A stretch of 64,000 bases of DNA. Origin: Octopus vulgaris (taxonomy: Eukaryota). Below are positions 37,035 through 51,989 of this stretch, in pieces. Location: assembly GCA_951406725.2 (NCBI GenBank), contig OX597815.1:202864001-202928000 (forward strand). The letters run 5' to 3'. The notes beneath the pieces are model-generated. The model searched no databases, had not been told where the DNA came from, and worked only from the letters and a program-made list of their open reading frames with translations. The position numbers and the translations under genes were made by a program. Position 1 is the stretch's first letter; every line of letters begins with the position of its first letter.

Positions 37035-37975
37035 TAGGGGAGACCGGGGTTAGTTGACTACATTTTTTACATTTTCACTGACAGAGCAATACTATTTAAT
37101 GTATTGTACTGCATCTTGTATTACACGCATAAATCAACCATAGCAGAAGACTTACAAAGCTAGAGATTTCATCTGCTTATTGTCTGGGTTTATATTTTGT
37201 GCATATTCTAAGACCGCTTAAATGTGTCTAATTGCCCCGATACCGGGGTAAGTTGACACATATAACGGGGTATTTTGACACATGAATGCATTTTCTTGGA
37301 ACATACATGTTAGTAGACAGAAACACATGATATAAGCTTGTTGGTTTGATGATCAAGGGCCTTTATAACGGTTTCATTACATATCATCATCAGAGTCACA
37401 ATTTAGGCATGTGAATATTATCAGACCTGGTGTGCATGCCTCGTGAACCCAACCTTTACAATCAGAGCATTGAAGTCACACTTCCCTTCCTTTGCTGTTG
37501 GAAAAAGGCTCGCAGCACACTAAGCAATTGCACTCTTTCTCATCAGAGGTATCACATTCTTGAATTTGAACTTTTTTTCTTAAGTTTGACCTTTTCCCTT
37601 CGTTGACCTGCCCTTACTGAGTCCCTTTCCTATCGTTCCTTTATCAATGTTTGTCTTCTTTTTACTTTTACTTTTTGTCTTTTCTTCTATGATTGCTCTT
37701 TTAACCGGCGAGTCAGTGAGAATTTCAGAACAACGTTTCTTTCTTCCTCTTCTTTCCTAGGGCCTGCTTTGGGTAGTGGAAGGATTTGAAATGGTGAAAG
37801 AAAAGACCTGGCGGCTATGTTGCTTGAAGGCCCAGGTGTTGTAGGTGCTGAAGGCCCAGGTGCTGAAAGTGCAGGATCCGGTCGGTCAGTGACATAGCTT
37901 GGTGCAAAGTCACTGTCTGTAAAAATGTTGCGATTAAAAGGGCATATTCATGTAGAAGAAAGTCACTAAGAATGT
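37035..37975 (-). mobile_element. Pogo/DDE_1-like DNA transposon 3' portion with a C-terminal PHD-type finger
   Basis: Minus strand about 37535-37380 reads CLVCCEPFSNSKGREV*LQCSDCKGWVHEACTPGLIIFTCLNCDSDDD. The terminus TAGGGGAGACCGGGGTTAGTTG has subterminal repeats (CCGGGGTAAGTTGACA at 37243). Confidence 0.62.
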
Positions 37976-37994
37976 TCGTCGGAGATGAAAGTAC

Positions 37995-38250
37995 TTTTAT
38001 AATAGAAATGTTATCGTTTCACTTTTGACACGTGATACTGAAATAGTGTAAGAGATAAGAAATTGCTCCGGGCTTGCATTTGGCAAGAATTTGAAAATTT
38101 CTATGGTCCATGACACTGCATGCACCCTTAGTAAAGTATGTGTAAAATTTGATTGAAATCGGTCGCTTAGTTCTCGAGTTTTAGTGATGCACACATAGCG
38201 ACACACACTCACACACACACAAACACACACATACACACACACACACATAT
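37995..38250 (+). mobile_element. Non-autonomous Helitron-like element
   Basis: AAAATTTGATTGAAATCGGTC...AGTTCTCGAGTT followed by a (CA)n tract resembles non-autonomous Helitron families. Confidence 0.5.
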
Positions 38251-38577
38251 GCATAACGATTACATCCATCTTGGCTTGAGATAATAAGGTGCCAGTCAAT
38301 TACTTGATTGATGTATGCCCCTGTAACGCATCGTGGATGGGTGTGAAATTGATATAGAAAACTAAGACTAGATCTAGTTTGATTTTCAATAGTTTGAGGT
38401 CAGTAAAATATATATGAATCCAAATTGACTATATATAGCTGAACGCGTATCAAGATGGGCACTGTAAGCGAGTAAACTAGTATATGTATATATGTATATA
38501 AACATAGAGTAGTTCTACAGCGAGAAAGTAGACGTTTTTAATGAGCTCAAATAATGATGACCTTCATTGGCCCAGAT

Positions 38578-38778
38578 CAGTGGTTTTCAACCAGGGTTCC
38601 GCCGGTACAGTCCAGGGGTTCCGCAAGAAGTTACAAAAATGCTAAAATCGACAGTAATTTTTAATTCTCCTGTGCTGATATGTGTGCATAAGACAATTAA
38701 ATTATTGCACAGGGGTTCCTCGAGTCAGTGGAATGTTTCCTTGGGGTTCCGCTCCAGCAAAAAGGTTGAAAAGCACTG
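38578..38778. mobile_element. hAT (Charlie-like) MITE, 201 bp
   Basis: TIRs are CAGTGGTTTTCAACC / GGTTGAAAAGCACTG, with a perfect 8-bp TSD GCCCAGAT (38570-77, 38779-86). Confidence 0.93.
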
Positions 38779-39979
38779 GCCCAGATGGATGAACTAGAAA
38801 ACATCTACTTTTGAAAGTATAGTTGAATAATATAAAATTTAGATAAGAGAAAACCATACTGTTTGTTTGGATTTATACAAGGGAAATTAATAAAAAGTTA
38901 TAAAATCAGCATGTTTATCTTACCATTGTTTGCTGTTTATCATTTCGAGAGAAATTCAGCGAAGCACTCTGAACACGTCTGTGTATATTTCCTTACGACA
39001 TCGGTTCAGATATAAATCTTCTTTTCTCATTATGAAAACAAGTATCACGTAACAAGAAAGAAAAACGATTTATTATCCTGATCGGCCTTGTCGTTATTTA
39101 TTAATATGATGTATTGCTCTTAACTCAAATAGTTGTAAGGACAGCAATATTTTACCCAATCATTCTATAACCCGTCTAAATAAACATAAAGGAAGTATCG
39201 TATTATGAAAAAGTGCAACATATCACATGATCTAATAAATAACTGAAACCATTTTACGAAACATAGTTTCTGTAAACAATATGGATATTTAAAGTACTAA
39301 GTAGCTGTTGTTATGTTTATGAAATTAATGTATTGTTATCAAAGCTAATTGGTTCATTCATAAAATGCCAGTTTGTGCTATATGCTCGAGTTCATCTTGC
39401 GCTTGCTTCGTTGTATATACACTGTGCCTCGCATCTGCAATCATTTTGTTTTTTCCTAAATAGTCTATACCGTAAAAAGGGCGTGCTACAGATGCTATTC
39501 AGTCGGATTGTTTCTTCAATTCATTGATTGTTTTGGTGCAGGTTAAAATACATTCAATCATCAGACTTCACACGTTTCTTTCCCACATGACTGAAATATT
39601 CATTTCAGGATCTTGCTGTACATATGAGAGCGAGAAAGTGATAAGTGTCGCTCTGATTTTGTTGAAACAAAGTATAAGATCATGGAACATTTACCGCGAA
39701 ACTTTACCTCGCAATTTATTGCTTTCTAAGTGTGGCTGATTCACACCTTTAAAAGTCTCCTTGGATTCTGCTGCATCAGAACAACAGAAAGGTGTTAATG
39801 TTTATGTGAAGATGCCTATCACCAAAAGCTTTCTATGATTATAACATTCTTCACTCCATATTGCATCAAGGACTAGATTATCTATTCATCACATATCTAT
39901 GAAATGGTGCTGAATTTTCCTTGAAGGAAATTGTATCACTGTTTAAAGCAGATCGATATCAGTTTAGATACTCTCCCTC

Positions 39980-40037
<58 letters not shown>

Positions 40038-40435
40038 ACTGCATCTTTACATACGTTACTAAGTAGATTCCACAATTTCATGTAGATATTTATAAAATAT
40101 GTATATTGAAATATAGACTTCTAACGTGGTTAAGACATCACCTACGGTTTTATTAATAGATTATATCGACGTTAGTACATACTTCACTTAGCAAATTATT
40201 CAATCGAGTTACGCTTAAACAATGGTCGTCATAATTTTATAAACCGGTAAACATGTTCATATAGATACACACACAGATATGCACACACACGCACGTATGT
40301 ACCTATGAAGGTACATATTTATATATACCTTCATATTTATATGAAGGTACATATTTATACATTCGCGTATCTATACATATGCACACACACACACTCACAC
40401 ATGCTCTCTCTCACACACATACACACACACATGTA

Positions 40436-41225
40436 TACAGGGTGCAGTGAATGAATTGTCTAAATTACTCAAACATGAAAATACTAAATTTATTCCATAA
40501 AATCGCCATTGGCTTCAACCACGACCTCAAGACGACTTGGGAATCTCCTGTAACTCTTCAGAACGGTCTTCTTGTTTAAACTGGTGAATGCTGCCATAAT
40601 CCTTGCCTTCAGTTCATCTTTGGTGTTAAAAAGAGTTTTGTTGGTATCTCGCTCAACTGTGACCCACACATAATAATCAAAGGGGTTATGTGTGATATCT
40701 TCACAGAAATTGACAGACAGCCATTGCTTGGTTCTCCTGCTTGTGTGGCATGGTGCAAAGTCCTGTTGTAAGACATAGGGCCTTCCAGCATCCACCCTCT
40801 TAACCCAGGCCAGGACTACCTCCCTGCTGGCACTTGATGTAGGCTTCCGTGTTGAGTGTGAGGACGTGTGGGAAGATAAATGGAGGCTTAACATCACCAT
40901 TACTAGCGATGACTCCAAACACCATGATGTTGACTGGTTGTTTGATTTTTATCACTTTCAGTATATGACCTCAGATTGCAGTATCCTCAAATTGACAGCC
41001 AAACACTCTGAAATGTTCGTACTGGGTCTTCAGGCGCGAATGCTAAGCAGTACAGTATGTCGTTTCCAAATTTCTGGCAGAGTGAATTGCGTCAAGGTGC
41101 TGTTTTTCTCATAGACGGTGTCCAACTGACCCTACTATACTGTAGACGATAAACTTTAAAACAAAACAATGCAGATGTGCGAAGTTAAAAATATAAATTG
41201 GTGAAAATTTACTCATTGTTTGTGG
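40436..41225 (-). mobile_element. Degenerate IS630/Tc1/mariner-superfamily transposon
   Basis: ORF 40490-40918 contains PYVLQQDFAPCHT...NPFDYYVW...RLEVVVEANGDFME. A TA-CAGGGTG terminus lies at 40436. Confidence 0.8.
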
Positions 41226-41279
41226 GGCAGTCTGTAATGGTTCGGTGGTTTTCCGACTGGTCGGAGAGTTCAATATGGG

Positions 41280-41980
41280 GTGAGTGTGTGTGGTGGTTTT
41301 TGACAGGTATTAGAGTTCAGTGTAGTGTGTGTGTTTGTATGGGTCTGTGTATGTGTGTGTTTTATATTTCGCAGGGTGATGTGTGCATGTGTGTAGATGT
41401 GTGTGATTTGCATTTGTGAGGATACTGTGTGTGTATGTATGTGTCTGTGTTTGTGTATGTGTACGTCTGTGTGTGCGTATGTATGCTTGTGTGTTTTCTT
41501 GGTCAGAGTGGTGTGTGCGTGCACATGAGTATGTGTGTGTCTCTGTATGTTTGTAGTGTTATAATTGTCCGGGTGGTGTGTATATGTCTGTTTGAGTGTG
41601 CAAACGTATGTGTGCATATGTATGTATGTGTATATGTGTTTGTGAGTATGTTGTATTTGTCAGGGATTGTGTGTGTCTCCGTGTGTGTTACGTTTATCAG
41701 GGTGGTGTTTGTGAGCGTGTACGTTCTGTGCATGTTTGTACTGGGTATGCGTTTGTGTGTGTGTGTGTGTGTGTGCTATATTTGTTGCGGTGAAGTGTAT
41801 GTGTGAGTACGTGTGCATGCGTGTGTATGTGTATGTTATTTTTCTGTGTGGTATATGCCTATGCTCGGATGTAATTTTGTGAGTGTTTTATTTGTATTGT
41901 TGGTGCAGTGTGTGTGTATATGTGTGTGTCTGTGAGTATTTGTTGTGACTATTGGAATGGCGCGTGTGTGTATGGGTGTG
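41280..41980. repeat. Degenerate (GT)-rich low-complexity tract
   Basis: Direct reading. Confidence 0.9.
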
Positions 41981-42272
41981 CTTTTTCTAATTAAAGGGTG
42001 TGATTGTAATCAGAAGTCCTGTTTATTTATTGTAAATAAACATAATGTTGCAATTAACTGCAGCCACAAATAACCTAACATATTTAAATGCTGGAGTTAA
42101 GCAAGTTATGATAATCGTTAATTTCACAAATCAAATACCGTGTAATTTGCAAAAGTTTATAATTACTTATAACTTGAAACAATTATTGAACAATAGCTAC
42201 TAAAGTGAAGACATTTATGACTAGCTGTAGAAATGTTTATACTGTTATTCTTTAAAATTGCCTGTCTAATCA

Positions 42273-42390
<118 letters not shown>

Positions 42391-42422
42391 TATGTATATA
42401 TATATGTATGTATGTATGTGTG

Positions 42423-42470
<48 letters not shown>

Positions 42471-42914
42471 GGGAGGACACACACACAGATCCATTTGCAG
42501 TCATGATCAAGAGGATGTTACTACGTTTTTAAGCTGAGGAAAACATCATTTCCAGCTGGCTACCGATGCACAACGGCGTCCTTATACCTCGAACAAGGGA
42601 GCTAATGTCCCTACTCAGCATAAGCGGCACCTGCGGATCATGGTTTCTGGGTTATTTCTCTTCATCGGCACAGGATAACCGTTCGCCAAGGATGGTAGCA
42701 CTAAACCTTCCTCGAAGTATATACTTTTAAAATGACACACAGTGTCATTAGTCTCATAGATAGCGTATGTGTATATATGTATGTGTATAAATATATATAT
42801 ATATGTATATATACATATATACATAACAGTGATTGCTTTGTTCAATTAAATGGAGTTGCATGAAACGATTGTACTGCATTATATCTGGATATCCGTGTTG
42901 CTTATTTTGATTTG

Positions 42915-42979
<65 letters not shown>

Positions 42980-43008
42980 GATTTTTTAGTTTCAGCTCAT
43001 GAGCTGTG

Positions 43009-43051
<43 letters not shown>

Positions 43052-43364
43052 CTACATATACACATTTATACATACATATGGGTAATTTGTCTTGTGCATT
43101 TGTAATGTTCGTTTTTTTTATATTTCCTTAATATTGAGGTGATGGAAAAATTTGAGTCTTGGTGCAAAGTAATTTTTCTGTTGAGAAAAAGTAATTATTC
43201 GATTGAACCTAATCCAAGCTGTCTCTTTCACATCTTCTTTCACAAACGTCACTTTGCATTGAAATACCCATGAAGATGTGGATCAGTGCCATGAAATTTT
43301 GAAGCAAAAACTAATTGTGTATGTGAGAATATATATTTCGTTTGGACACATCAGATCTTCGTAT

Positions 43365-43773
43365 ATACTCTTTTACTCTTTTACTTGTTTCAGTCATTTG
43401 ACTGCGGCCATGCTGGAGCACCGCCTTTAGTCGAGCAAATCGACCCCGGGACTTATTCTTTGTAAGCCCAGTACTTATTATATCGGTCTCTTTTGCCGAA
43501 CCGCTAAGTGACGGGGACGTAAACACACCAGCATCGGTTGTCAAGCAATGCTAGGGGGACAAACACAGACACACAAACACATATACACTTATATTATATA
43601 TATATATATACATATATACGACAGGCTTCTTTCAGTTTCCGTCTACCAAATCCACTCACAAGGCATTGGTGGACCTGGGACTATACCAGAAGACACTTGC
43701 CCAAGGTGCCACGCAGTCGGACTGAACCCGGAACCATGTGGTTGGTTAGCAAGCTACTTACCACACAGCCACT
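43365..43773 (-). mobile_element. SINE family C, near full length
   Basis: Reverse complement of 62332-62748. Confidence 0.9.
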
Positions 43774-44104
43774 CCTAAATTCCACAGAGTTGCTCCTTCT
43801 CTAGAAACTATATCTTATGAAAGGAAGCAAACGATCTCCTGTATCGGTGATTTTAGTCAGAACGTCTGCTGTTGGTGAAACTTTTTATGACCCACACTGT
43901 CAAATCAAGCTTTTATGCTGGGTTTTTACCTCAACACTTTTTGTCCTATAGAACCCTATAGTTGCTGTCACCGCCAAATTAACACACTGTCACTCAATTG
44001 ATTCTAACTTTCATCTTCTCTAACTTACCCACTCAAGCTCATCTATCGGCATCGTGAGCATTTTAATGAAAAATCAAAAACAGATTTCACGAAAGAAAAC
44101 TTAA

Positions 44105-44280
44105 GGATCCATGGAATAAGCTGCCGGACGAGATAGTGAAGATGCCGACGACCGCTCGGTTCAAAGTCTCCTTTGACCACAAGTGGCCTGAACTCTTTAC
44201 ATGAACACCACCCTGTACATAACTCCATGTCCCCCTACATGGCCTTGCTTTTTGCTTTTTGAGCCAAAAAATTAAACTAA
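44105..44280 (+). mobile_element. CR1-type LINE extreme 3' fragment
   Basis: DPWNKLPDEIVKMPTTARFKVSFDHKW matches the CR1 C-terminal WN.LP...FK..LD motif; a short 3' UTR follows. Confidence 0.7.
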
Positions 44281-45167
44281 TCTTGTCTGCTTTAAAGGGA
44301 CAATCATGAAATCACTGTGCATACCAAAACACTATCACACTTCCTTCACACTTGGAGATAATCTCCGAATCATACAAGCTGTCTGCGAGGAGCTCTCTGA
44401 CGAATGCTCATCTGTAACATTGTAATGATTGCAAGATTTTCTACAGAACCAGAAATTACTTGACTCCATAAGTCATAAACATTGTATAGATGTCATCTGC
44501 AATGGAGTACACACGTCTTTCATGTAACCATCGATTTATAGTATCACGGAATTGTTAACAGAGTAAATACCACTGGTCTGCAAATACTATGGTCAAATTC
44601 ACGTTCCCCAGCGCAGACTGATAGGAAAATATCGCTTAAGAGCCTTTCGATGCACGATGTCAAACACTACACGCGGCGGAAAAAAATCACAAAGCCTAAG
44701 ACCATATCACGCTGAACATTGCGGGTAAACCCTTGGTACAAAGAGGCTCTTGGCAATCAAACTCTTCTTCTCGATGAGAGAAATAATAAATTCACACATC
44801 ATACTTGAGTTTTTTCTTTTTGTTTTGTGCTTTTTTTATGTTCGTATTTCTGTTGTAGTGCCTCCCTACTGAGCTCTGTGGATTTTATCTGCAAGAGGCT
44901 TTAAGAAACAATGTTACTCAACCAGATAATACTTCACAATTACATGTTAATCTCTTCCTCTATGCTGCATTGAGAAGATGTTCATTCAATAATCATTCAT
45001 TCAATAATAACTTGAAGCCAAAAATGCTTTCTTTACCCAAAAACATACTATTCTTCGTTTATTTACTACTAAATCTTACTTTCTAAAGATGCTAGATTAT
45101 GCTTAATATTGTTGCCGATGCTGTTACTTTTACTACTACTACTACTACCTTACTACTACTACTACCT

Positions 45168-45205
<38 letters not shown>

Positions 45206-45742
45206 ATACTAGAGAGAGAGAGCATGAGGACGAGGAGGAGTGGAGGAGGAGGCTGAGAGTAATGAGGATGGTGATAATGTTGACGTTAATGAAGTTGTCT
45301 AACTGCTTCACCTCTCGTCAAACCTCCAGTTACAATAGCGTGTACCTCATGAAATATTGGCTGCTCATGAAGTAGTTACGTAATAGCGATGTATCTGACA
45401 CGTTAACACGATGTTACATTGGCCAATTTTATTGTAATACGTGACAACATTTTGGGCAGTAAAATTGCCCAACCATTTGTTCCTAAGATATCGCCAATTC
45501 CACAATACAAATGTTAGTTTTAATTCCGTTGGAAGGGACATATTGTCACAACACGACAGTGGAGACGATGAAACATGGAAAACATAACAACTAAATGAGT
45601 TGGAGAAAAAGATATATAGCTTATCTGATATATAGCTGTTTACTGCTATTTCCTTGCCCCTCATTAGTTAATAGTGAGAAAGAGTGGTTGGTAATGAGCA
45701 TGGTCCGTGATTAAATTAAAGGAAAAATTACTACACACACAA

Positions 45743-45823
<81 letters not shown>

Positions 45824-45932
45824 TATATATGTCTATGCATCTATGTATATATTAGATACATAGATTAATATATGTATAGATACATATGAACACATACATG
45901 CACACATTTGTATATAACATATGTTTGTGTGC

Positions 45933-45978
<46 letters not shown>

Positions 45979-46304
45979 AGATACATGCACATATGTGTGT
46001 GTGTGTGCGTGTGAATGTAGGTGTGTATAAATGTACATTAAAATATAGGATTTAGCAACCGGAAATTAGAAAGCTGGATACCATTACTTGATGCTTAGCA
46101 ACATGTCGAAGAGGAAAACAAATATAAAAAAGGGAATAATTCTTATGTCCATATGATTAATGAGAAGAGTGTTAGGAAATAAGAGTTCCATTACAACTTA
46201 AATATAATATGCCGTTATGATAACGCACGCGGCCGTTATTGTATTTTTGCTTTATAGAAGCGTGCGTGTGTAGATTCATTTGTTGGCATGTATAGTCATA
46301 CACA

Positions 46305-46347
<43 letters not shown>

Positions 46348-47272
46348 TAAATATACAACTGGAGAACCTTTTAACCGATTTTGTCAAAGTCACTCGTAAT
46401 TTCTGACAACTCAACAAGCAAATATTTCGGAGAGCTCTGAACGAAATGTTTTTGCATTATCATAAAACATCACTATAAGTAAACATTTCCGATTCCATAT
46501 GTTTTGAGTTCGCATTCCACCGAGGTCGACATTCCCTTCCTCCTTTCAGTGTCGATAAAATAAATGCCAATTGAATACCCGGATCAATTTAATCAGCTCT
46601 CCCTAAAATTGCTGACTTTTACCAACATTTGTAATCATTACTATAACATGGACTTTCGTTAAATTTGTTATTTATGATACCGTTTAACATCAAATGAGCA
46701 CTGATGTGGTAGACCTTATGACTAATATACTCCTGCCAGGATCAGGGGAAATATTTTGTCATTCTTATCAAATATACAACGACACAGTTCCCTTTAATCT
46801 TCGTTCTTCCCGTTCCGTGTTCTATCGCCCAATGTGTATTGTTTCCGTAGGCATTTGAATGTTAAAGACATTCAAACAATTCTTTCTTATATATTTTTAC
46901 CTACAAGTAAATACCTTTTGACAGATTGTAATTCAGCTTCATGTCACTTTCAATTTGGTTAGTGAAGATAGCTGTGTATTCGACAATATATCCATATGTT
47001 TCATAGAGGAGAGTTGTTGTTGCTGTTATTGTTTTTCTTCGTTGTTTTTCATTCAAAGATGGGCTCTGAATGAGCTGAAATAATAGTCAAAGACATTAAA
47101 ACCAACCATCATAAATTGGCCTATTTCTAAGATCTGCAAGACTACATTCCCTTGCTTGAATATTTCCTCTATCTAAAAGTGATGGTTGTGTTTTGAGCAT
47201 GATTTAGCTCTTGTTTCTAACCAGTTGATGGATCGAGTAGATTCTCTTTCTTTGTAAGTTGGCAGCTGATGG

Positions 47273-48431
47273 TATTCGGTTGGCAAGAAAGTAAGTTTGA
47301 TTTTTAGTGAGAAAGAAAGGACATTTTCTTTTCATACAAAGAATGAACTTTTATCAATTGTATATTTTCTATTTTGTTCGATGACCTTTTGGAATCTTTC
47401 TGCAACTTCATGATTTTGCACTCATAGAAATTCTGTTTCTTATCAGCCAAATACTGAAGCAAGTGCGATTTCAGATCATCATCATTATTGAAAGATTTAC
47501 CATTCAAAGAATTTTTCGAACTTCGAAATAAGTGGTAATCTGATGGTGCAAGGTCAAGGCTATGTGGTTGATGTGACATCATTTCCCAACCAAGCTCCAA
47601 TAATTGTTCACGAGTTAGCAAAGACATGTGTGGTCTAGCGTTGTCATGTTTCCAGTTCTGGCTGGTTTTCTTTGATTGCTTCCACCAGTTTCATTAGTTG
47701 TTGACAGTAAACATCTGAATTGATCGTATGGTTCCTTAGCTGTTCAAGATACCCTTTTGTAATCCCACTAAATTGACAGCAAGACGTTTTTTCTATGTAA
47801 TTCAGCTTTCGACGTGGTTTGTGCTGTTTCATTAAGTTTGGACCATGGCTGTTTTCGATTGATGTTATTGCAGACAATACATTTTCATCACCAGTGATTC
47901 GTTTAAAAATAAGGTCGATTTTATTGTGTTTGAGATGCATATCACAAATATTGATTTATGTCAAGTGTTAAGTGAATCTCTTTCAACTTATGTGGAACCC
48001 AAATATCGAGCTTCTTAACAAGTCCAAGACATTTTAAGTGATTTTCAATTGTTGTGTATGATACATTTAACCTCTCTGCATTCTCTCACACGGTTATTTT
48101 TTAAACCATTTCTGACATGTGCATTCTGTTAAGCAATCAACAGCATAAACTTCACCATCAACTCATAAAAGTAACTAACACCATAAATATATATTTGTAA
48201 GGAAATGAAAAAAGCAAGATATGGCGAAAATGTTCGTTTTTGCACTTTTTGTTAAAATAGATAGTAAACTAACAGCTGTAAAAAAAAATACGCGCAATTT
48301 GCTTCTAAACTAAGCTAAATTAGTGATTATTAAATGCCAAAAGGAGAAAATCGTAACCTTGAAAAATTCAATGAAAAAAATTGTAACTATCTAAATGTGA
48401 GGAACGAAATTACTTTTTTGCACACCCAATA
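47273..48431 (-). mobile_element. Degenerate mariner transposon
   Basis: Motifs KRITGDE, TINSDVYCQQL and HQPHSLDLAPSDYHLFRS (YSPDLAP-type). Imperfect TIRs TA-TTCGGTTGGCAAGAAAGTAA / TTACTTTTTTGCACACCCAA-TA. Confidence 0.9.
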
Positions 48432-49436
48432 TAACTTAGAAGGGATCTCTTTGAACGACGCAGTTGAAAAAAGTATTCGCAGTGGATATATGAGAATATA
48501 AAGCAGGGTTGAAATAATTTACATATATAATCATATCCGGGCAGGTGTATTTGTTTGTATGCGTGTGTAAACATGTGTCTATACATATTTAATTAAATGT
48601 GAGTTTATAATTGCATATACCTTTAGGAAGTGTTTAGAATATATGTGATTGTAGTTCCTTTCCTGTATGTCTTTTGAAATTGCTATGGTCAGGAATTAGT
48701 TTGCTGAGGTTTAAATGGTAGTCTTTGGGTTATTTATAGGTTATTTTATGGATAATTTGGCTTACAGGATTTCCCAATCTAATGAAAGAGAAATGTGTGC
48801 ATATGTGTACATAATGCGTTTTTAACTTTCTCGCATATATGCACAGTTAGCCTTCTTGTGAGATGCATTAACACAAAGCAAACGATATGCCTCATTTAGA
48901 ATTTCCGAGTGGATAATCCATTTGTTATGCCTCGTTGGATATGACAACACTCTCTCTGCTCAGGAACTTGACGAATTGTTACATAAATCCAGTTATTTTA
49001 CTATGTTTTTAATAAGCGACGACAATATAATACCGCATATCATATTCGTTTTGAGGCAATTTTAAGATTTACACAAGGTTTTATGGAGCAAGTGATGTTT
49101 ATTTTTCATTTTATATTATTGATAAAAATATTCGTTACTTTTACTTTTGATAATCATTAAGGTTATCGTTCCTAGCGGTGCAATTGCTTAATTCGAGATC
49201 GGAGACTACCAAGATCTATGAGAAAATACTCAACAAGCGTAAACGACGTACTGGTTCTGGGTTCTTTTCATGCTTTTTGTGAACTTTTTTATTAACAAAG
49301 TTCATTTCCCTATGTTCTTTAATTCAACGTATTAATAATTGTTATAAGTGACTAGTGACTACACACACACACATAAACAAATATATGCTAAAAACATACA
49401 TACGTATATACGTATTTATATTCATACATGTGTGTG

Positions 49437-49490
<54 letters not shown>

Positions 49491-49809
49491 CAGAGAGAGA
49501 GGGGGAGACAGAGAGAGAGAGAGACATACACACGCCCCCTTCACTCACACATAGTCAAAAGGTCAAAGCTAGTTATGTTCGATATAGAAAATGCCCAAAT
49601 GTAGTAGTATTCAAGTGATTTGAACTTATCTTTGAACTTATCTCTGAAATCTTTATTGAGTACTGTGTCCACGGGTTAAAGGATGGCTAGAAGAGAAATC
49701 CAGGTGAGCTGCCATGTAGACGGTGATGCAGATAATTCTAATTAGGTATGATATATTATATATATCTATATACATATATATGTATATTTATATAAATATA
49801 TAGATACAC

Positions 49810-49865
<56 letters not shown>

Positions 49866-50017
49866 GGAGAGAGAGATGTATAAATACAGGTGTCAAAATA
49901 TATTCAAAAAATAAATATGCAGAAACAGAGATATTTTCATGTATAGACAATTAAATTAGCTCTTACAAGGAGCATAAACACATTAGAGTACTAAACAGAG
50001 GATACTTAGATTATAAA

Positions 50018-50164
50018 CTCAACAGCTGTTTCTGGGAGCTCGGAATTATGTAATAATCCTAATACTTATAATTGACAGATGGAATGAGCAAAACGTAAAG
50101 GATATGTAACTAGGAAATGATCGCATGGAGACATTACCTTAACACCAGCTTCCTTCATCGGGAA
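50018..50164 (-). ncRNA. Hammerhead motif with U4C core and 106-nt loop II
   Basis: Minus strand reads TTC-CCGATGA-A-GGAAGCT...(106 nt)...AGCTCCC-A-GAAA-CAGCTG-TT-GAG. Confidence 0.6.
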
Positions 50165-50198
50165 ACAGATTTAGCAAATAATTTTACATATAAATAAC

Positions 50199-51400
50199 TG
50201 CAGGGGTGGTTTGAAAAATCCATAGGCTGACTAAAAAAGATGATACTAGAGCTGTGAAATCTTGCATGCATTAATATAAACTGTTCATAACTCATTGTTT
50301 CTCTCCAAGGGAACTGATATACGACTATTCAAAGAAGGCTTCAAATGTAACAAGTAGCGACTTCTCTTGGAAATGGGGAAAAATTGGCATTGCGATATAA
50401 AAGTACGTGTATAAAAGAGTTTAAACCTCAACTACATTCATGCTGACATGTTTTCCACACTAGGAGATGACCCTCCTGCGTTATCAACAGAGCGGAAGTG
50501 AGAAGTTGAATTTAAGAAGAAAGCAAAGAGTTTTGAACTTGACAGGTCTGGACGACCTGCAACTGCTATCACCGAGCAAAATATCGATCGTGTTCACGAC
50601 ATGCTGATGGATGACAGGCGATTGACTATAAATCAAATAGCTAATGATACTAGCATATCCTGTCAGAGAGTTGAGAATATTCTGCACTAAAACACATGGC
50701 ATAATGAGTGTTCTCGATGGGCGTTACGTTTTCTGACACCTGATCAAAAGTGTACCAGGATGATCTCATCACGGCTAAATCTGACATTATTTGAGACAAA
50801 TCCAGCTGATTGCTTTGAACTTTTCCTAACCGAAGATGGGTTTTGTGTTCATTACCTTGAGAGCAACAAAGAGACAATCCATGCAGTAGAAACAACCCTC
50901 TTCACCTGCCTTAAAGGACGTTTCATCTGTAGAGAATGTTATGTCCTCAGTATTTGGATGCAAAAAGTATTGTACTTATTGACTATCTTCCAAAGGGTCA
51001 CACCATTGATGGTGTGACCCATTTCAATTTACTCAGGCAGCTACAAAAAGCTTTGAAGACCAAATGCCCCCGGAAAATTAACGAAAGTGACCTTCTTTCA
51101 TTAGAATAATGATCCAGCACACAAGTACTTGGTTATAGTGGCTACTGTACCTGACTGTTGATTTGGATCGGTTGATTGCCCTCCCTATTCTGCTAATTTG
51201 GCCCTATCTGACTGTCATCTGTTACTCAACATGAAAAAAAACTTGGCTGGGAAGCGGTATTTCAGTGATGATGTCAAATCTGCTGCATTTTTAGGCCTAT
51301 AGGATGAAAGCCTCTTCACCAATGGGATCCAAGCGCTACAACACCGATTGAATAAGACTGTGGCTTGCACGAGGAAATGTGTTGAGAAATAATTCCTCAT
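50199..51400 (+). mobile_element. Degenerate mariner transposon (second family)
   Basis: Reads RSGRPATAITEQNIDRVHDMLMDDRRLTI, RWALRFLTPDQK (WVPxxL-like) and PPYSANLALSDCHLL (YSPDLAPSD-like); many frameshifts. Confidence 0.88.
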
Positions 51401-51485
51401 TTGGTCACAATCCATCAGAGTATCTTGGTCGAACATATGCACGTATGCATTTACCTTCTTAACATAATCTGTTATGTGTATGTTT

Positions 51486-51627
<142 letters not shown>

Positions 51628-51989
51628 ACATTGATCAATGTATATTCCACAATAAATTTGTACATAAATTCATCAAAAATAAACATAGGTAAGTGATTAT
51701 ATAGATATTTCAAAAACACGAACACCAGAACCAAATAAACTAAAGCCAGGTAAAATTAAAATAGACACAGGCCTAAAGTCAAAGAATTAGAGAAGAATAG
51801 TTCGCGTAAATATTTTCGGTATATATGAAACTGATGAAATACAAACCATGGTCATGTTGGAGGAATTTTACAAGATAATATTTCGTAACATTTAGTCTAA
51901 TCTTAAAAACTAATATTCAATACATACCAGCCAGCTTCATCATAGCTTATTTTAAAGAAAACTGAAGAACTGAAACGAAAGAACTAGAT

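Noticed and set aside
43265-43305. CATGAAGATGTGG...CCATGAAA hammerhead-like string
   Set aside because: The core is altered and stems I and III do not form.
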